A stretch of 64,000 nucleotides of DNA from an uncultured Candidatus Saccharibacteria bacterium. Its GTDB lineage: Bacteria > Patescibacteriota > Minisyncoccia > Phycocordibacterales > UBA9973. The DNA is taken from contig CAZIZK010000002.1 in NCBI GenBank assembly GCA_964544225.1, positions 2,557 to 66,556 on the forward strand, read 5' to 3'. The first letter of the stretch is position 1. The number at the start of each line of letters is the position of its first letter. Position numbers and translations under genes: made by a program. Below are positions 1 through 9,922 of this stretch, one piece after another. A model generated the notes under the pieces. It was not told the origin of the DNA and searched no databases. It worked only from the letters and a program-made list of their open reading frames with translations.

Positions 1-2
1 TT

Positions 3-200
3 TTAGAAAGTGCTCAAAATAAAACTGGGTCTTATCAATCACAAGCAATTTTTGATCACAGAGAAGTGCGAATTGAAGACACCTCTAACGGAAGAGAATT
101 ACCTCCACAAAGAGACTTCAGTTTGTATGAAATTCAGGCGGAACATCTTTCCGGCGAATATGCTGAAATCTGGAGACATGTAAAAAAGGTTCTGGATTAA
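3..200 (+). CDS. 3' end of a hypothetical protein (truncated by window edge)
   Basis: Open frame from position 3 to TAA at 198-200 (...GEYAEIWRHVKKVLD*), followed by a hairpin/T-run. Confidence 0.5.
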   Translation, partial: LESAQNKTGSYQSQAIFDHREVRIEDTSNGRELPPQRDFSLYEIQAEHLSGEYAEIWRHVKKVLD

Positions 201-220
201 AATTAAAACAAAGAAATGGG

Positions 221-252
221 AAACAGGTATGCGAAAGTGTATCTGTTTTTTT
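221..252 (+). terminator. Rho-independent terminator
   Basis: aaacaggtatgc-gaaa-gtgtatctgttt stem (with G-U pairs) followed by a T-run. Confidence 0.6.
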
Positions 253-278
253 ATTTATATATGGTAAAATTATAATAC

Positions 279-1760
279 ATGTCATTTGCGAAGCCGAACA
301 AGATTCAAATAATCAAATACGCTCCACCACCACCAGACTTGCCAGTGCTAGGTACTGTCGACGCGTCCGAGGTATCGTTCATTGGCCGTACGAACTATGT
401 GGCCGCATTGGAGGAGAAGAAGTTCGTATTCGGTATCAAGCGTGTGGACCGCAGGCGCCACCTATATATTATCGGTAAGTCTGGCGTGGGTAAAAGTAAA
501 CTTCAGGAATTGATGGTCCGCCAGGATATTGCTTATGGTCAGGGTGTATGTATTATAGACCCGCACGGTGAATTCATCGACGATATATTAGGCTTCATAC
601 CCGAAGAGCGTATAGAGGATGTGTGTATTATTGACCCTGGTGATATTGATTTTCCAGCATCTTTCAACCCACTAGCCAATGTGGACCCAACATTTAAACA
701 CCAACTAACTCAAGGTTTGATCGAGGTGCTACGTAAACAATTCGGTGCGAACTGGACTCCACGTCTGGAACACGTGTTCCGCTTTACCACACTTGCGCTA
801 TTAGACTACCCATATGCCACAATGCGTGGAATGATCAGCATGCTTACTGACCGTAACTATCGTCAGAAGGTGGTGGAATATATCGAGGACGACATGGTAA
901 AGAGATTCTGGGCTATCGAATTCGCGGACTGGTCCGAGAAGTTCGATACAGATGCGATCATCCCTTTGGTTAACAAACTTGGCCAATTCCTATCTGACCC
1001 GATGCTACGCAATATCTTCGGTCAAAAGGAGAACAAGATCGATATCGAAGAGTTGATGAATAATCAAAAGATACTATTAATCAACCTTTCAAAAGGTAAG
1101 ATCGGTGAGGAGAATTCCTCATTCTTCGGAGCGATGTTCCTGACAAAGATAAAGCAGGCTGGTATGTCACGTGCAAAGATGGATCCAAAGGATCGCCACG
1201 ACTTCTACCTATATGTGGACGAGTTCCAGAATATTGTGACCGATACTTTCGAGAACATTCTTTCCGAGGCTCGTAAATACGGACTGAACCTTACAGTCGC
1301 ACACCAATACGTGGGCCAATTGTTACCAAAGGTTCAGCAAGCAGTGCTAGGTAACGTGGGCTCGATAATAACATTCCGTGTGGGTGGTGACGATGCAGTG
1401 AAATTGAAGCCCGAGTTCGCCCCAATATTCGACGTGAAAGATATGATCAATCTAGGAGTGGGCGAGTTCTATGTGAAGATGACTATCGATGGTGAATCAT
1501 ATGACCCATTCTCGGCAGAAACATTGCGAGTGTTACCACCAACACACCCATCGTACCGTGATAGGGTTATTGAAGCTTCACGTCGTAAATACGCTATTAC
1601 CGCCGGCGATGCCCAGAGGTTGATCGCGGAAGAAGAGTCTACTATTGTACGTTCTGCCCAGGAAAAGGCCGCTATTACAGGTGGTAAAGGCTATGGCCAT
1701 GATGACGATGTGGAAGACAAGCCAAAGGTAGAGGCCAAAGCAAGTGAACCTTTGATATAA
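279..1760 (+). CDS. TraG/VirD4/VirB4-like (HerA/FtsK superfamily) ATPase, CPR-type
   Basis: Walker A GKSGVGKS, IIDPHGE, Walker B LYVDEFQN, SEARKYGL..AHQY motifs. Confidence 0.85.
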   Translation: MSFAKPNKIQIIKYAPPPPDLPVLGTVDASEVSFIGRTNYVAALEEKKFVFGIKRVDRRRHLYIIGKSGVGKSKLQELMVRQDIAYGQGVCIIDPHGEFIDDILGFIPEERIEDVCIIDPGDIDFPASFNPLANVDPTFKHQLTQGLIEVLRKQFGANWTPRLEHVFRFTTLALLDYPYATMRGMISMLTDRNYRQKVVEYIEDDMVKRFWAIEFADWSEKFDTDAIIPLVNKLGQFLSDPMLRNIFGQKENKIDIEELMNNQKILLINLSKGKIGEENSSFFGAMFLTKIKQAGMSRAKMDPKDRHDFYLYVDEFQNIVTDTFENILSEARKYGLNLTVAHQYVGQLLPKVQQAVLGNVGSIITFRVGGDDAVKLKPEFAPIFDVKDMINLGVGEFYVKMTIDGESYDPFSAETLRVLPPTHPSYRDRVIEASRRKYAITAGDAQRLIAEEESTIVRSAQEKAAITGGKGYGHDDDVEDKPKVEAKASEPLI

Positions 1761-1826
1761 ATAATATAAAAATAAAAAAAGTGGACAAACATTTGTCCAC
1801 TCTCAGAAATAATCATAAACAGGATT

Positions 1827-2702
1827 TTATTTTAAATATGATTTGAGCACTTTATACTGATTACCTTTCCTTAGTTTTTTCAAAGCTTTTTCTTTGATTT
1901 GGCGGACACGTTCACTTGTTAAACCAACAGTATTACTAATATCTCCCAGATTCATAGGAGCTTTGTCTTCTAATCCGTAATAAAGTTTTAAAATATCATT
2001 TTCTAACACACTAAGCTGTGACAAGGAAATTCTAATATGTTTCTTTAAAGATTCATATATTAATTCATTGTCAGGGGTTACTTCAGGATTCTTCTCTGAA
2101 ACAAAAAACATATCAAGCAATGTGTCTTCACCTTCTTCACCTGACGAAGATGCATCTAGGCTAATATGTCTTTTGAAATTTAAAAAAGCATCATTCACAA
2201 CAGATATTTCTGCACCCAATGATTCGGCTATTTCCTCATAAGTAGGTTCTCTTTCAAGAATCTGCTCTAATTCGGAATGCTTTTTCAACACGCGGGTCAT
2301 AACCCCTATATTGTTCAAGGGTAACCTAACCATGCGCACTTTTTCGGCTAATGCTTGTAAAATACTCTGACGTATCCACCAAACAGCATATGAAATAAAT
2401 TTAAAACCCCGGGTTTCGTCGAACCTATCGGCTGCTTTAATTAATCCAAGATTACCCTCATTTATAAGTTCCCCTAGGGAGAATCCTTGGTTTTGATACT
2501 GTTTTGCAACAGATACTACAAAACGCAGATTCGCAAGCACTAATTTATCCAAAGCAGCTTTGTCGCCTTCATGAATCTTTTTTGCCAGCTTTATCTCTTC
2601 CTCTGGCGTGATCATGGGGTATTTGTTTATTTCAACCAAGTATTTGTTGACAGATTCTTCTTCACGGCTTGTGAAGTGTTTAAATATCTTTAGTTCTCTC
2701 AT
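1827..2702 (-). CDS. RpoD/SigA-family sigma-70 factor lacking region 1.1 (Bacteroidetes-type)
   Basis: ANLRFVVSVAKQY, EGNLGLIKAADRFD..RGFKFISYAVWWIRQSI, region 4 LTSERVRQIKEKAL; 291 aa. Confidence 0.9.
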   Translation of the reverse strand: MRELKIFKHFTSREEESVNKYLVEINKYPMITPEEEIKLAKKIHEGDKAALDKLVLANLRFVVSVAKQYQNQGFSLGELINEGNLGLIKAADRFDETRGFKFISYAVWWIRQSILQALAEKVRMVRLPLNNIGVMTRVLKKHSELEQILEREPTYEEIAESLGAEISVVNDAFLNFKRHISLDASSSGEEGEDTLLDMFFVSEKNPEVTPDNELIYESLKKHIRISLSQLSVLENDILKLYYGLEDKAPMNLGDISNTVGLTSERVRQIKEKALKKLRKGNQYKVLKSYLK

Positions 2703-2823
2703 ATTTATCTTTTTCTTTTAAATTACCATTATAATCTTTATATGTAAAGATGTTATTTGAAAGTAAAATAAAAAAATGGTCACCAATAAAGGCAACCAAT
2801 TTAATGAAATTTCTTAATTTTTT

Positions 2824-3423
2824 TTAATCACCGAGCCACTCGGTGAAGATTCCAGAGTTTTTTGTTTTATTTCTTTTAAATAATTCTTTCCAAAGAAAGT
2901 ATTGGATTATGAGTCCATACACTATCAATACTTCAGAAAGTAGAGCATCTTCTATTTTCCATGATTTTGCATTTATTAAATAGTAAATGTTCATAGTCAT
3001 AAATCCTAAGTTTGGTAATATGTACCATGGCTCTGGGTTATCCTGTGTTTCTTTTAAAAGGGGAATACCAGCAATAAATTGCGCAGCACAGAACCCAACA
3101 AGGCTCAGAGTAGGATTGTTTAACCCTAACCAAATAAATATACAGATAGGGACAGCTATCACAATAATAGTTTCAGTCTTACCCCATTTATTATCTGCTT
3201 TTAATAAGATAAGCAAAATGGTGATAATAATTCCACCAATTGTAAAGAGTTTCAGTGCCTCAGCACTGTCACCTTGCTGACTGTCTGTTGCAAAATATTG
3301 GAATACATCTAATACGGTCCACAGTACCCAAGTCAAGATGTTCTGGCCCACAGCCCTTTCTTTTATGGCTAATATAGCCAAAGATCCGTATGCACATACG
3401 GCAATCCAAATTATGAAGTTCAT
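2824..3423 (-). CDS. Multi-pass membrane protein (similar layout to 35244..35822)
   Basis: About 7 hydrophobic segments; N..TW..W and IP....T..NP motifs shared with the 35244 ORF. Confidence 0.7.
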   Translation of the reverse strand: MNFIIWIAVCAYGSLAILAIKERAVGQNILTWVLWTVLDVFQYFATDSQQGDSAEALKLFTIGGIIITILLILLKADNKWGKTETIIVIAVPICIFIWLGLNNPTLSLVGFCAAQFIAGIPLLKETQDNPEPWYILPNLGFMTMNIYYLINAKSWKIEDALLSEVLIVYGLIIQYFLWKELFKRNKTKNSGIFTEWLGD

Positions 3424-3534
3424 AGCTTATGTTTTTCTTTTATTTTTACAGTATTTTTGGGTATATGTAAAGGGGAGAGGGTTGTATTGCTTTTTTTACT
3501 ATATATTGTATAATATACAAAATTAACAATAATT

Positions 3535-3663
3535 ATGATGAACATTCAAGAAAGCATTGCCTGGGCAATGCAAAACACACGTTTCCTGTTGACATTAATA
3601 GTAATTTCTTTTCTTCTAGCAATGCATTTTGCTACAAAACAAAAAAAAGATAAATTACCATGA
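3535..3663 (+). CDS. Small single-TM protein (42 aa), not in ORF track
   Basis: MMNIQESIAWAMQNTRFLLTLIVISFLLAMHFATKQKKDKLP*; TATAAT upstream and hairpin/T-run downstream. Confidence 0.5.
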   Translation: MMNIQESIAWAMQNTRFLLTLIVISFLLAMHFATKQKKDKLP

Positions 3664-3736
3664 TCAACACATTTTTTATAAAAAGGCGTCTATAGTTTTA
3701 TTACTTGGATGCCTTTTTTTATGCTAAAATGTCTGC

Positions 3737-4312
3737 ATGGAAGAAACGATCAATATATTTGCCGAGTATAAAAATGTCAGTATTATCTTACACGTATTTT
3801 CAGTAATAGTTGGTATGGGGGCAGCTGTCGTATCTGACATACTTTTCAATATTTATATAAAAGATAAAAAGATAGATATATCTGAGAACAAGACTCTGAA
3901 TATACTATCTAGTATTATCTGGGTGAGTCTGGGCTTCATATTACTATCTGGGATATTCATATTCTTTTCTGATACTGTAAAATACATGAACTCTCCAAAG
4001 TTCCTATTGAAGATGGTAATAGTAGGTTTTGTTATTATCAATGGCTACGCTTTCCAGAGGATCGTGCACCCTGCTATACGCAAGATCAATTTTAATGACA
4101 CGAACTCGAACCACAAATATGTCAAAGTACGCAAGCTTGCCTTTATGTTTGGCGCTATATCTGTCACATCATGGATGTCTGCATTTGTATTAGGTAGTAT
4201 ACCTCGCATACCTGTATCTTTCTTTATGGGATTGGCTTTTTATCTAGTTCTGTGTTTATGTGCTATTGTGGCTAGTCAGTTTGTAGAGTATAGAATCACG
4301 CATTCTAAATAG
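3737..4312 (+). CDS. Membrane protein, about 5 TM (His-containing first helix)
   Basis: Hydrophobic segments, ILHVFSVIVGMGAA; TGcTAAAAT 6 nt before ATG. Confidence 0.7.
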   Translation: MEETINIFAEYKNVSIILHVFSVIVGMGAAVVSDILFNIYIKDKKIDISENKTLNILSSIIWVSLGFILLSGIFIFFSDTVKYMNSPKFLLKMVIVGFVIINGYAFQRIVHPAIRKINFNDTNSNHKYVKVRKLAFMFGAISVTSWMSAFVLGSIPRIPVSFFMGLAFYLVLCLCAIVASQFVEYRITHSK

Positions 4313-4362
4313 TAAAAAACTCTTTCTAAATTGGATTAAAACTTGTATAATATGGGTAAGTT

Positions 4363-6777
4363 ATGGAGCAATCAATCCCGTACAACAAAGATATAACATA
4401 TTTTGGTAAAACTAACTTTCGCAACCATGCGCAAGTTTTCGGCATAAAGAGAAAGGACCGCCGCCAACATATGTACGTGTTAGGTAAGTCAGGTACAGGT
4501 AAGTCTGTGCTTCTTTCGAATCTCATAGTTCAGAATATTCAAAATGGTGAGGGTCTGTGTGTGGTGGATCCGCACGGCGAATTGGTAGAGGAAGTCCTAC
4601 ACCTCATACCACCGCATCGTGTAAAAGACGTTATATATTTCAACCCAGCCGACACTGACTATCATGTGGGCTTCAATGTGCTACAACTCGATGACCCTAA
4701 ATACAAGCACTTGGTGGCATCAGGACTCATGGGAATATTCACAAAGATCTGGGCCAATGCATGGAGTAGCCGTATGGAATACATCCTCAACAACGCTATC
4801 CTCGCACTACTAGACACTCCTGGTACTACACTCCTCGGTATCCCACGTATGCTTGTGGACAAGGACTATCGCCAGATGATCATCGGTAACCTGAAGGACC
4901 CGGTGGTAAAAGCATTTTGGATTCATGAATACGAACAATGGCGTGACCAGTTCCGTAACGAAGCTATCGCCCCGATCCAGAACAAAGTGGGTCAGTTCCT
5001 ATCCACTTCTATCATCCGTAATGTGGTAGGTCAACCAAAAAGTACTATAGATATTTTTGAAATCATGAATACTGGGAAGATATTCCTAGTGAACGTATCA
5101 AAGGGTCGTATTGGTGAGGACAACTCGGCACTTCTCGGAGGTATGCTTATTACAAAGATCCAGCTTGCAGCCATGGAGCGCGTGCGTATACCTGAGAACG
5201 AACGCCGAGACTTCTACCTATATGTGGACGAGTTCCAGAACTTTGCTACCGATTCATTTGCCAACATTTTGTCCGAGGCTCGTAAATACCGCCTGAACCT
5301 AATCATTGCTCACCAATATACTGCCCAGCTGGAGAATAAAGATGGCAGTAAAGTCCGTGACGCAGTATTTGGTAACGTGGGTACTATGATCATATTCCGT
5401 GTTGGTGCCGATGATGCCGACTTCCTGGAGAAGGAGTTCGAGCCTGAATTCATGGCCCAAGACTTGGTGAACTTGCCTAACTTCCATGTGTATCTAAAGC
5501 TCATGATCGACGGTGTTACTAGCCGGCCATTCTCCGCAAGTACTTTGCCACCAATACATGTGGATGCTGACGCAAATGTAAAAGATCAAATTATAGCGTC
5601 TTCACGAGCTTTGTACACAAAAAAGCGCGAAGATGTAGAGAACGAGATACTTCGTTGGAGTGGTATGTTGCAGTCTGATGGTCAGAATGGGGCAGGTGCC
5701 CAAGAGGGCAAGTTCCCAGCAGAATGTAGCGAATGTAAGAAGAGCATAATGGTGCCTTTTGAGCCTATAGCAGGCAAGCCAATATATTGTAAGGATTGTT
5801 TAGCCAAGATAAAGGCTGGCGAGTTGAAGCCCGCACACGGATTCATAACACCAAAGGCTGTTCGCCAAGAGGCTGCAGCATCGGCGCCTCTTGCAGCACT
5901 AGGTATCGAGTTTACTGGCACAAGTGGCAAGGTAAATAGTTCTTTCGCTCGCAATGTTGTAAACAATCATGATGCAAAGCCTAACGCTGGAGTAAATAAT
6001 AATTTCAAGAAGCCGAATACTTTCAACAAAGCTCCAAATGCAGTCAACACCCCAAATGCAAAACCTTTTATAAAACCAAAACCAACACCATCACCACTTT
6101 TAAAAGATTTGTTACAAAAAGTAACAAGTGAAAAGGATATCCTCGATAAGAAGGATGCTCCTGTATCTGAAGTAAAGAAGGTAATACCACCACCAATATC
6201 ATTGTCTGAGTTAAAGAAGTCTGAACCTGCAAAATCTGATACAAATAAGGCCCCTGTTGTGAATAATATAAATATCAACAATAAGCCTACACCTACTATA
6301 GCTAAAGCTCCAGTAATACCAGCTAAAGAGGCTACTCCAGAAAAGATGAATTCACTAAAGGATATGCTAGCCAACATATCTGCAAAAGAAAAAGTGGAAG
6401 AAAAGGTTGTTGAAATAAAAAAAGAAGAAGTAAAAGTAGAAGTAAAGCCCGAAGTTAAACCAGAAGTAAAGGTTCCAATTCCGACACCAATCATGAGTCC
6501 ACAAGTACCAAAACCAATACTTCCTGCTCAAGCTATACAAATTCCACCTAGTATTCCAAAACCACCTGAGGCAATAAAAAAGGTAGAGGCAGTAGTTAAG
6601 ATAGATGAAGTAAAAGAAGTAAAGCCTGAAGTAAAAACAGAGGAGAATAAAGCTAAAGTAGAAGACACAACACCAGATACACAAAACACTGATACTACAA
6701 ATCAAAATCAAAATTGGCAAAAAAGGGTCGCAAATAAAGAAGTACCAGAAGAGGTCCTCCGCAAGGTATTAGAATAA
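4363..6777 (+). CDS. TraG/VirD4/VirB4-like ATPase with CxxC-x17-CxxC Zn ribbon and low-complexity Pro/Lys/Glu tail
   Basis: GKSGTGKS, VVDPHGE, YVDEFQN, SEARKYRL; CSEC...PFEP..GKPIYCKDC; KPEV repeats. Confidence 0.85.
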   Translation: MEQSIPYNKDITYFGKTNFRNHAQVFGIKRKDRRQHMYVLGKSGTGKSVLLSNLIVQNIQNGEGLCVVDPHGELVEEVLHLIPPHRVKDVIYFNPADTDYHVGFNVLQLDDPKYKHLVASGLMGIFTKIWANAWSSRMEYILNNAILALLDTPGTTLLGIPRMLVDKDYRQMIIGNLKDPVVKAFWIHEYEQWRDQFRNEAIAPIQNKVGQFLSTSIIRNVVGQPKSTIDIFEIMNTGKIFLVNVSKGRIGEDNSALLGGMLITKIQLAAMERVRIPENERRDFYLYVDEFQNFATDSFANILSEARKYRLNLIIAHQYTAQLENKDGSKVRDAVFGNVGTMIIFRVGADDADFLEKEFEPEFMAQDLVNLPNFHVYLKLMIDGVTSRPFSASTLPPIHVDADANVKDQIIASSRALYTKKREDVENEILRWSGMLQSDGQNGAGAQEGKFPAECSECKKSIMVPFEPIAGKPIYCKDCLAKIKAGELKPAHGFITPKAVRQEAAASAPLAALGIEFTGTSGKVNSSFARNVVNNHDAKPNAGVNNNFKKPNTFNKAPNAVNTPNAKPFIKPKPTPSPLLKDLLQKVTSEKDILDKKDAPVSEVKKVIPPPISLSELKKSEPAKSDTNKAPVVNNININNKPTPTIAKAPVIPAKEATPEKMNSLKDMLANISAKEKVEEKVVEIKKEEVKVEVKPEVKPEVKVPIPTPIMSPQVPKPILPAQAIQIPPSIPKPPEAIKKVEAVVKIDEVKEVKPEVKTEENKAKVEDTTPDTQNTDTTNQNQNWQKRVANKEVPEEVLRKVLE

Positions 6778-6778
6778 A

Positions 6779-8242
6779 ATGATTAACAAGTTGTCTAAAT
6801 GTCTAGTGTTTGCAAGTCTGATATTTACTGCCAGATTTGCATATGCGACACTTAGTATCAACGAAGTCATGTATGACGCCCCAGGTAGCGACGCTGATGC
6901 TGAATGGGTAGAAGTATACAACTCTGGTTCAAGCCCTATCGATATGTCTGATATTTATATCGCAGACTATGACACTTCTTGGCATTATCATAGTATTACA
7001 CCTTACTCGCAAGCATTCATACCAGCAGGCGGGTACGGCATAGTTATTCGTACTTCATCTGCCAGTATTCCAAATACTTTTAATACTAAATGGCCCAATA
7101 TAAGTGTACCTATGTTTCGTGCAAGTTTTGACTTGGGTAATGACAGTGGCCACATAGCTTTATCATCGGACAAGAAGTCTGTATATAGCGAATTGTCATA
7201 TACATCGACCATGGGTGCAACAGGTGATGGTAATTCACTACAGTCAATATCGGGCTCGTATGTAGCCATGCCTGCTACACCAGGTACTATGAATGGGTCA
7301 GTAAATGACAATTCAAATTCTAGTTCAAATACGGACACCAATACCCAAGCAGACAAATCAACAGACAATACGAATGATACCAGCACGAGTGGGTCTGACC
7401 CCAAAGCTGTTAAGGTTTATGATAATATAATTGCTAAAATAACAGCTCCTACTATTGTTACTACAAAGATAGGCTTCAAAATTCAGGCCCAAGTATTGGG
7501 ACGCAAGAGGGAAGTAATAGATTCGGGTAAATACGTCTGGAGCTTTGGTGATGGCAAATCGTTGCAACAATCCCAGTACAAACCTTTCTATTATTCATAC
7601 GACAACAAAGGCCAGTATGTGGTGACACTGACTTATTATGAATCTATACTCAGTGCCGAGCCAGCAGTTCGAACCCAAGTAACTGTCACCGTAGTTGACC
7701 CAGAAGTGGCTATAAGTAGTGTAGGTGACTATACTGACCCTTATATAGAACTCACTAATAAATCTAACCGTGAGATAGACATGTCGTCTTGGATTATCAA
7801 GTCAGACAACACATTATTTACTATGCCCGAAGGTATGACTATATTACCAAGCAAGAATATCCGACTTTCTTCAGCTGTAACTTTGTTTACATCTTCTGAT
7901 ATACAAAATCTTACTATATATAACCCCACAGGCTCTGTGGTTGCTACGTATCCTGATTCAAATAAAACAGGATATAAAGTTAGTAATATGGAGTATATAG
8001 ACAATATGTATAATACAGACGCAACACCTAAAAAAAGTTTTCCCGAAAAGGATACAGGTGTTGTTAACCTAGACTCACAGAAAGCTAGTGTCCATAGTTC
8101 AGGAATAAATAATAATATGAGCCTATTTGGACTGGCATTATTAATCATCATCGGATCATTTATATTGATAAATATAAATAAAAAGCCCTCCGAAGGAGAG
8201 CCAGATATTGTAAGTGCTTCTGATATGAATATTATTGAATAG
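6779..8242 (+). CDS. Surface protein with lamin-tail and PKD-like domains and a C-terminal TM anchor
   Basis: Signal peptide; INEVMYDAPGSD..EWVEVYN (LTD); Y.WSFGDG...Y...GQY.VTLT (PKD); second LTD-like YIELTN; C-terminal hydrophobic helix. Confidence 0.75.
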   Translation: MINKLSKCLVFASLIFTARFAYATLSINEVMYDAPGSDADAEWVEVYNSGSSPIDMSDIYIADYDTSWHYHSITPYSQAFIPAGGYGIVIRTSSASIPNTFNTKWPNISVPMFRASFDLGNDSGHIALSSDKKSVYSELSYTSTMGATGDGNSLQSISGSYVAMPATPGTMNGSVNDNSNSSSNTDTNTQADKSTDNTNDTSTSGSDPKAVKVYDNIIAKITAPTIVTTKIGFKIQAQVLGRKREVIDSGKYVWSFGDGKSLQQSQYKPFYYSYDNKGQYVVTLTYYESILSAEPAVRTQVTVTVVDPEVAISSVGDYTDPYIELTNKSNREIDMSSWIIKSDNTLFTMPEGMTILPSKNIRLSSAVTLFTSSDIQNLTIYNPTGSVVATYPDSNKTGYKVSNMEYIDNMYNTDATPKKSFPEKDTGVVNLDSQKASVHSSGINNNMSLFGLALLIIIGSFILININKKPSEGEPDIVSASDMNIIE

Positions 8243-9143
8243 GTTTATTTATCGGGATTATCTCGAGAGCTTCGTCTGTTGTCTCTACCTCTGATTCAAC
8301 TTCATTGTTGGTTGGATTAGCAATATCATAGATAGCTTCTGACTCCTTTTTGAGTTTAGATATTATATTTGTCAGGGCGGTAGAGTTAACTGATTTCTCT
8401 ACTACTTTATCCTTCATCTCTACTATTTTTTGTGTAGTGCTTGATTCAGTTGATACTGGTGCGATACCAGTACTCGTGTACACAGTATTGGCAGGATTAG
8501 TAATTGGATCTGTATTAGTATTATCTGTTTTTTTAACTACAGATTTATCCTCAGTGTCTTTTTCAGTTTTCTTGTCTTCTATTTTTTCTAATTCTTTTAG
8601 ATCTTTATCATGAATATCTATAATGTTTTTCAATGCATTGGCTGTTTTTGCAAGTTCACTAGGATTTTCTTTTGCTAGGATCTGAACGTTTTCATCTACT
8701 TTTGCAATATGTTCCTCTATCGCACGTTCTGCTATGGCTGCAGTTTCAACTGTCAATTCACCTGAGGCTGCTAATTGCTTTACTTCTTCGATACGCTTTG
8801 CCACAAGATTTTGTTGGTACATTATTCTTGCTGTTGGGGAAGTGATCAGTATACCTTGGACTTCTTCAGTTACATTTAGTTTGAAATTGTACAAAGCATC
8901 ACCAGGCAATGCACCAGATGCACTGTAAGACACAGTTCCACCAGAAGCAATGATGAACATTATTGAACATAGTGTTACAAGTAGTGGGTTCCAGAAATGG
9001 TGATAAGGGCTCTTTACATATTTACCCTGGCGCATGTCATGAATATTCATAAAAGAGGCAATATTGGAACGCATAAAAGAATGCTCGGATGGAGTCATCT
9101 TGATATGTGATGCGTTCTTCAATTGTTCTTCTAAATTTTCCAT
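8232..9143 (-). CDS. Putative anti-sigma factor (single TM, DUF5667-like ALPGD.LY.K domain)
   Basis: Immediately downstream of ECF sigma; TM followed by ALPGDALYNFKLNVTE. Confidence 0.65.
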   Translation of the reverse strand: MENLEEQLKNASHIKMTPSEHSFMRSNIASFMNIHDMRQGKYVKSPYHHFWNPLLVTLCSIMFIIASGGTVSYSASGALPGDALYNFKLNVTEEVQGILITSPTARIMYQQNLVAKRIEEVKQLAASGELTVETAAIAERAIEEHIAKVDENVQILAKENPSELAKTANALKNIIDIHDKDLKELEKIEDKKTEKDTEDKSVVKKTDNTNTDPITNPANTVYTSTGIAPVSTESSTTQKIVEMKDKVVEKSVNSTALTNIISKLKKESEAIYDIANPTNNEVESEVETTDEALEIIPINKPIQ

Positions 9144-9146
9144 ATT

Positions 9147-9647
9147 TTATTTCGTTAAATTTTTTATCTTTTCTAAACCTCTGTGTATACGTACTGAAAC
9201 GTTGTTCTCTGATTCACCGAGAGTGTCGGCTATCTCTTTGATCGATAGGTCATTGAGATATCGTAATGTTATGACCTCTTTGTATTTATCTTCGAGTGTA
9301 TCTACATGCCTCCACAGGCTTTCACCCATCAGAGCATCTTCGAAATCCTGCCTCTCATCGTGGCCGTGGTCAAATCCATCTTCCATCATTTTATCCAAGG
9401 ATTCAGACTTCTTTTTCCTATAAGAATCAATGATTAGGTTACCTAGGGTCCTGTACAGGAATGCCTTTAAGTTCTCGATATCTTTACCACCTTGCAGGTA
9501 TTCCCAGACTTTTGTAAAAGTATCTTGGGTAAGATCCAATGCAAGTTCGCGGCTAGATGTTTTGTATAGAGCATAGCGAAATAGTCCGTCACTATGAGCG
9601 TCATAAACCTCTAGAAATGCGTCTTTATTTTTATCATTAGTCTTCAT
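9147..9647 (-). CDS. ECF (sigma-24 type) RNA polymerase sigma factor
   Basis: 166 aa; DLTQDTF, AFLYR..NLIID..RK, LSIKEIADTLG..ENNV.VRIHRG. Confidence 0.9.
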   Translation of the reverse strand: MKTNDKNKDAFLEVYDAHSDGLFRYALYKTSSRELALDLTQDTFTKVWEYLQGGKDIENLKAFLYRTLGNLIIDSYRKKKSESLDKMMEDGFDHGHDERQDFEDALMGESLWRHVDTLEDKYKEVITLRYLNDLSIKEIADTLGESENNVSVRIHRGLEKIKNLTK

Positions 9648-9652
9648 ATAGT

Positions 9653-9680
9653 ATGACGTGTCCGGTGGACCTTTCTTACA
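9653..9680 (-). promoter_or_regulatory. Putative ECF-sigma promoter TGTAAG-N16-CGTCAT (autoregulatory, leaderless)
   Basis: Minus strand TGTAAGAAAggtccaccggacaCGTCAT, 5 nt before the ECF ATG; same motif recurs at 9923-9950. Confidence 0.65.
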
Positions 9681-9712
9681 CGATTTAATTATAGCATTAT
9701 ATTATAAGCTCG

Positions 9713-9753
9713 AAAACCCTTAACTAGATGTTGATCTAGAAATAAGGGTTTTT
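9713..9753. terminator. Rho-independent terminator hairpin
   Basis: aaaaccctta..ctaga...tctag..taagggtttt. Confidence 0.55.
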
Positions 9754-9758
9754 CTTTG

Positions 9759-9893
9759 TTAATTTTGTTTGATTTTCTTACCGAACATAAATGGGTTAAA
9801 TGTCTGACATGCATATGCAAGTGCTGCATACAAAATGACAATGACGCCACCTATGGCGATCAGGGTTTCTTGGATAGTGATTACTTTTTCCAT
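9759..9893 (-). CDS. Small single-TM protein (44 aa), not in ORF track
   Basis: MEKVITIQETLIAIGGVIVILYAALAYACQTFNPFMFGKKIKQN*, preceded by an ECF-type promoter and followed by a terminator. Confidence 0.55.
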   Translation of the reverse strand: MEKVITIQETLIAIGGVIVILYAALAYACQTFNPFMFGKKIKQN

Positions 9894-9922
9894 GTGTTTT
9901 TGTTGTTTATTATTTGCTAGTT

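Noticed and set aside
81-92. ctctaacgga, resembling the element end TCTAACGGGA
   Set aside because: Imperfect match inside a coding frame with no partner CCCGTTAGA within the window.
6420-6640. Short tandem-like repeats (gaagtaaa...) as a possible CRISPR or VNTR
   Set aside because: They encode KPEV/KVE low-complexity peptide; there is no repeat-spacer periodicity and no cas gene in the window.
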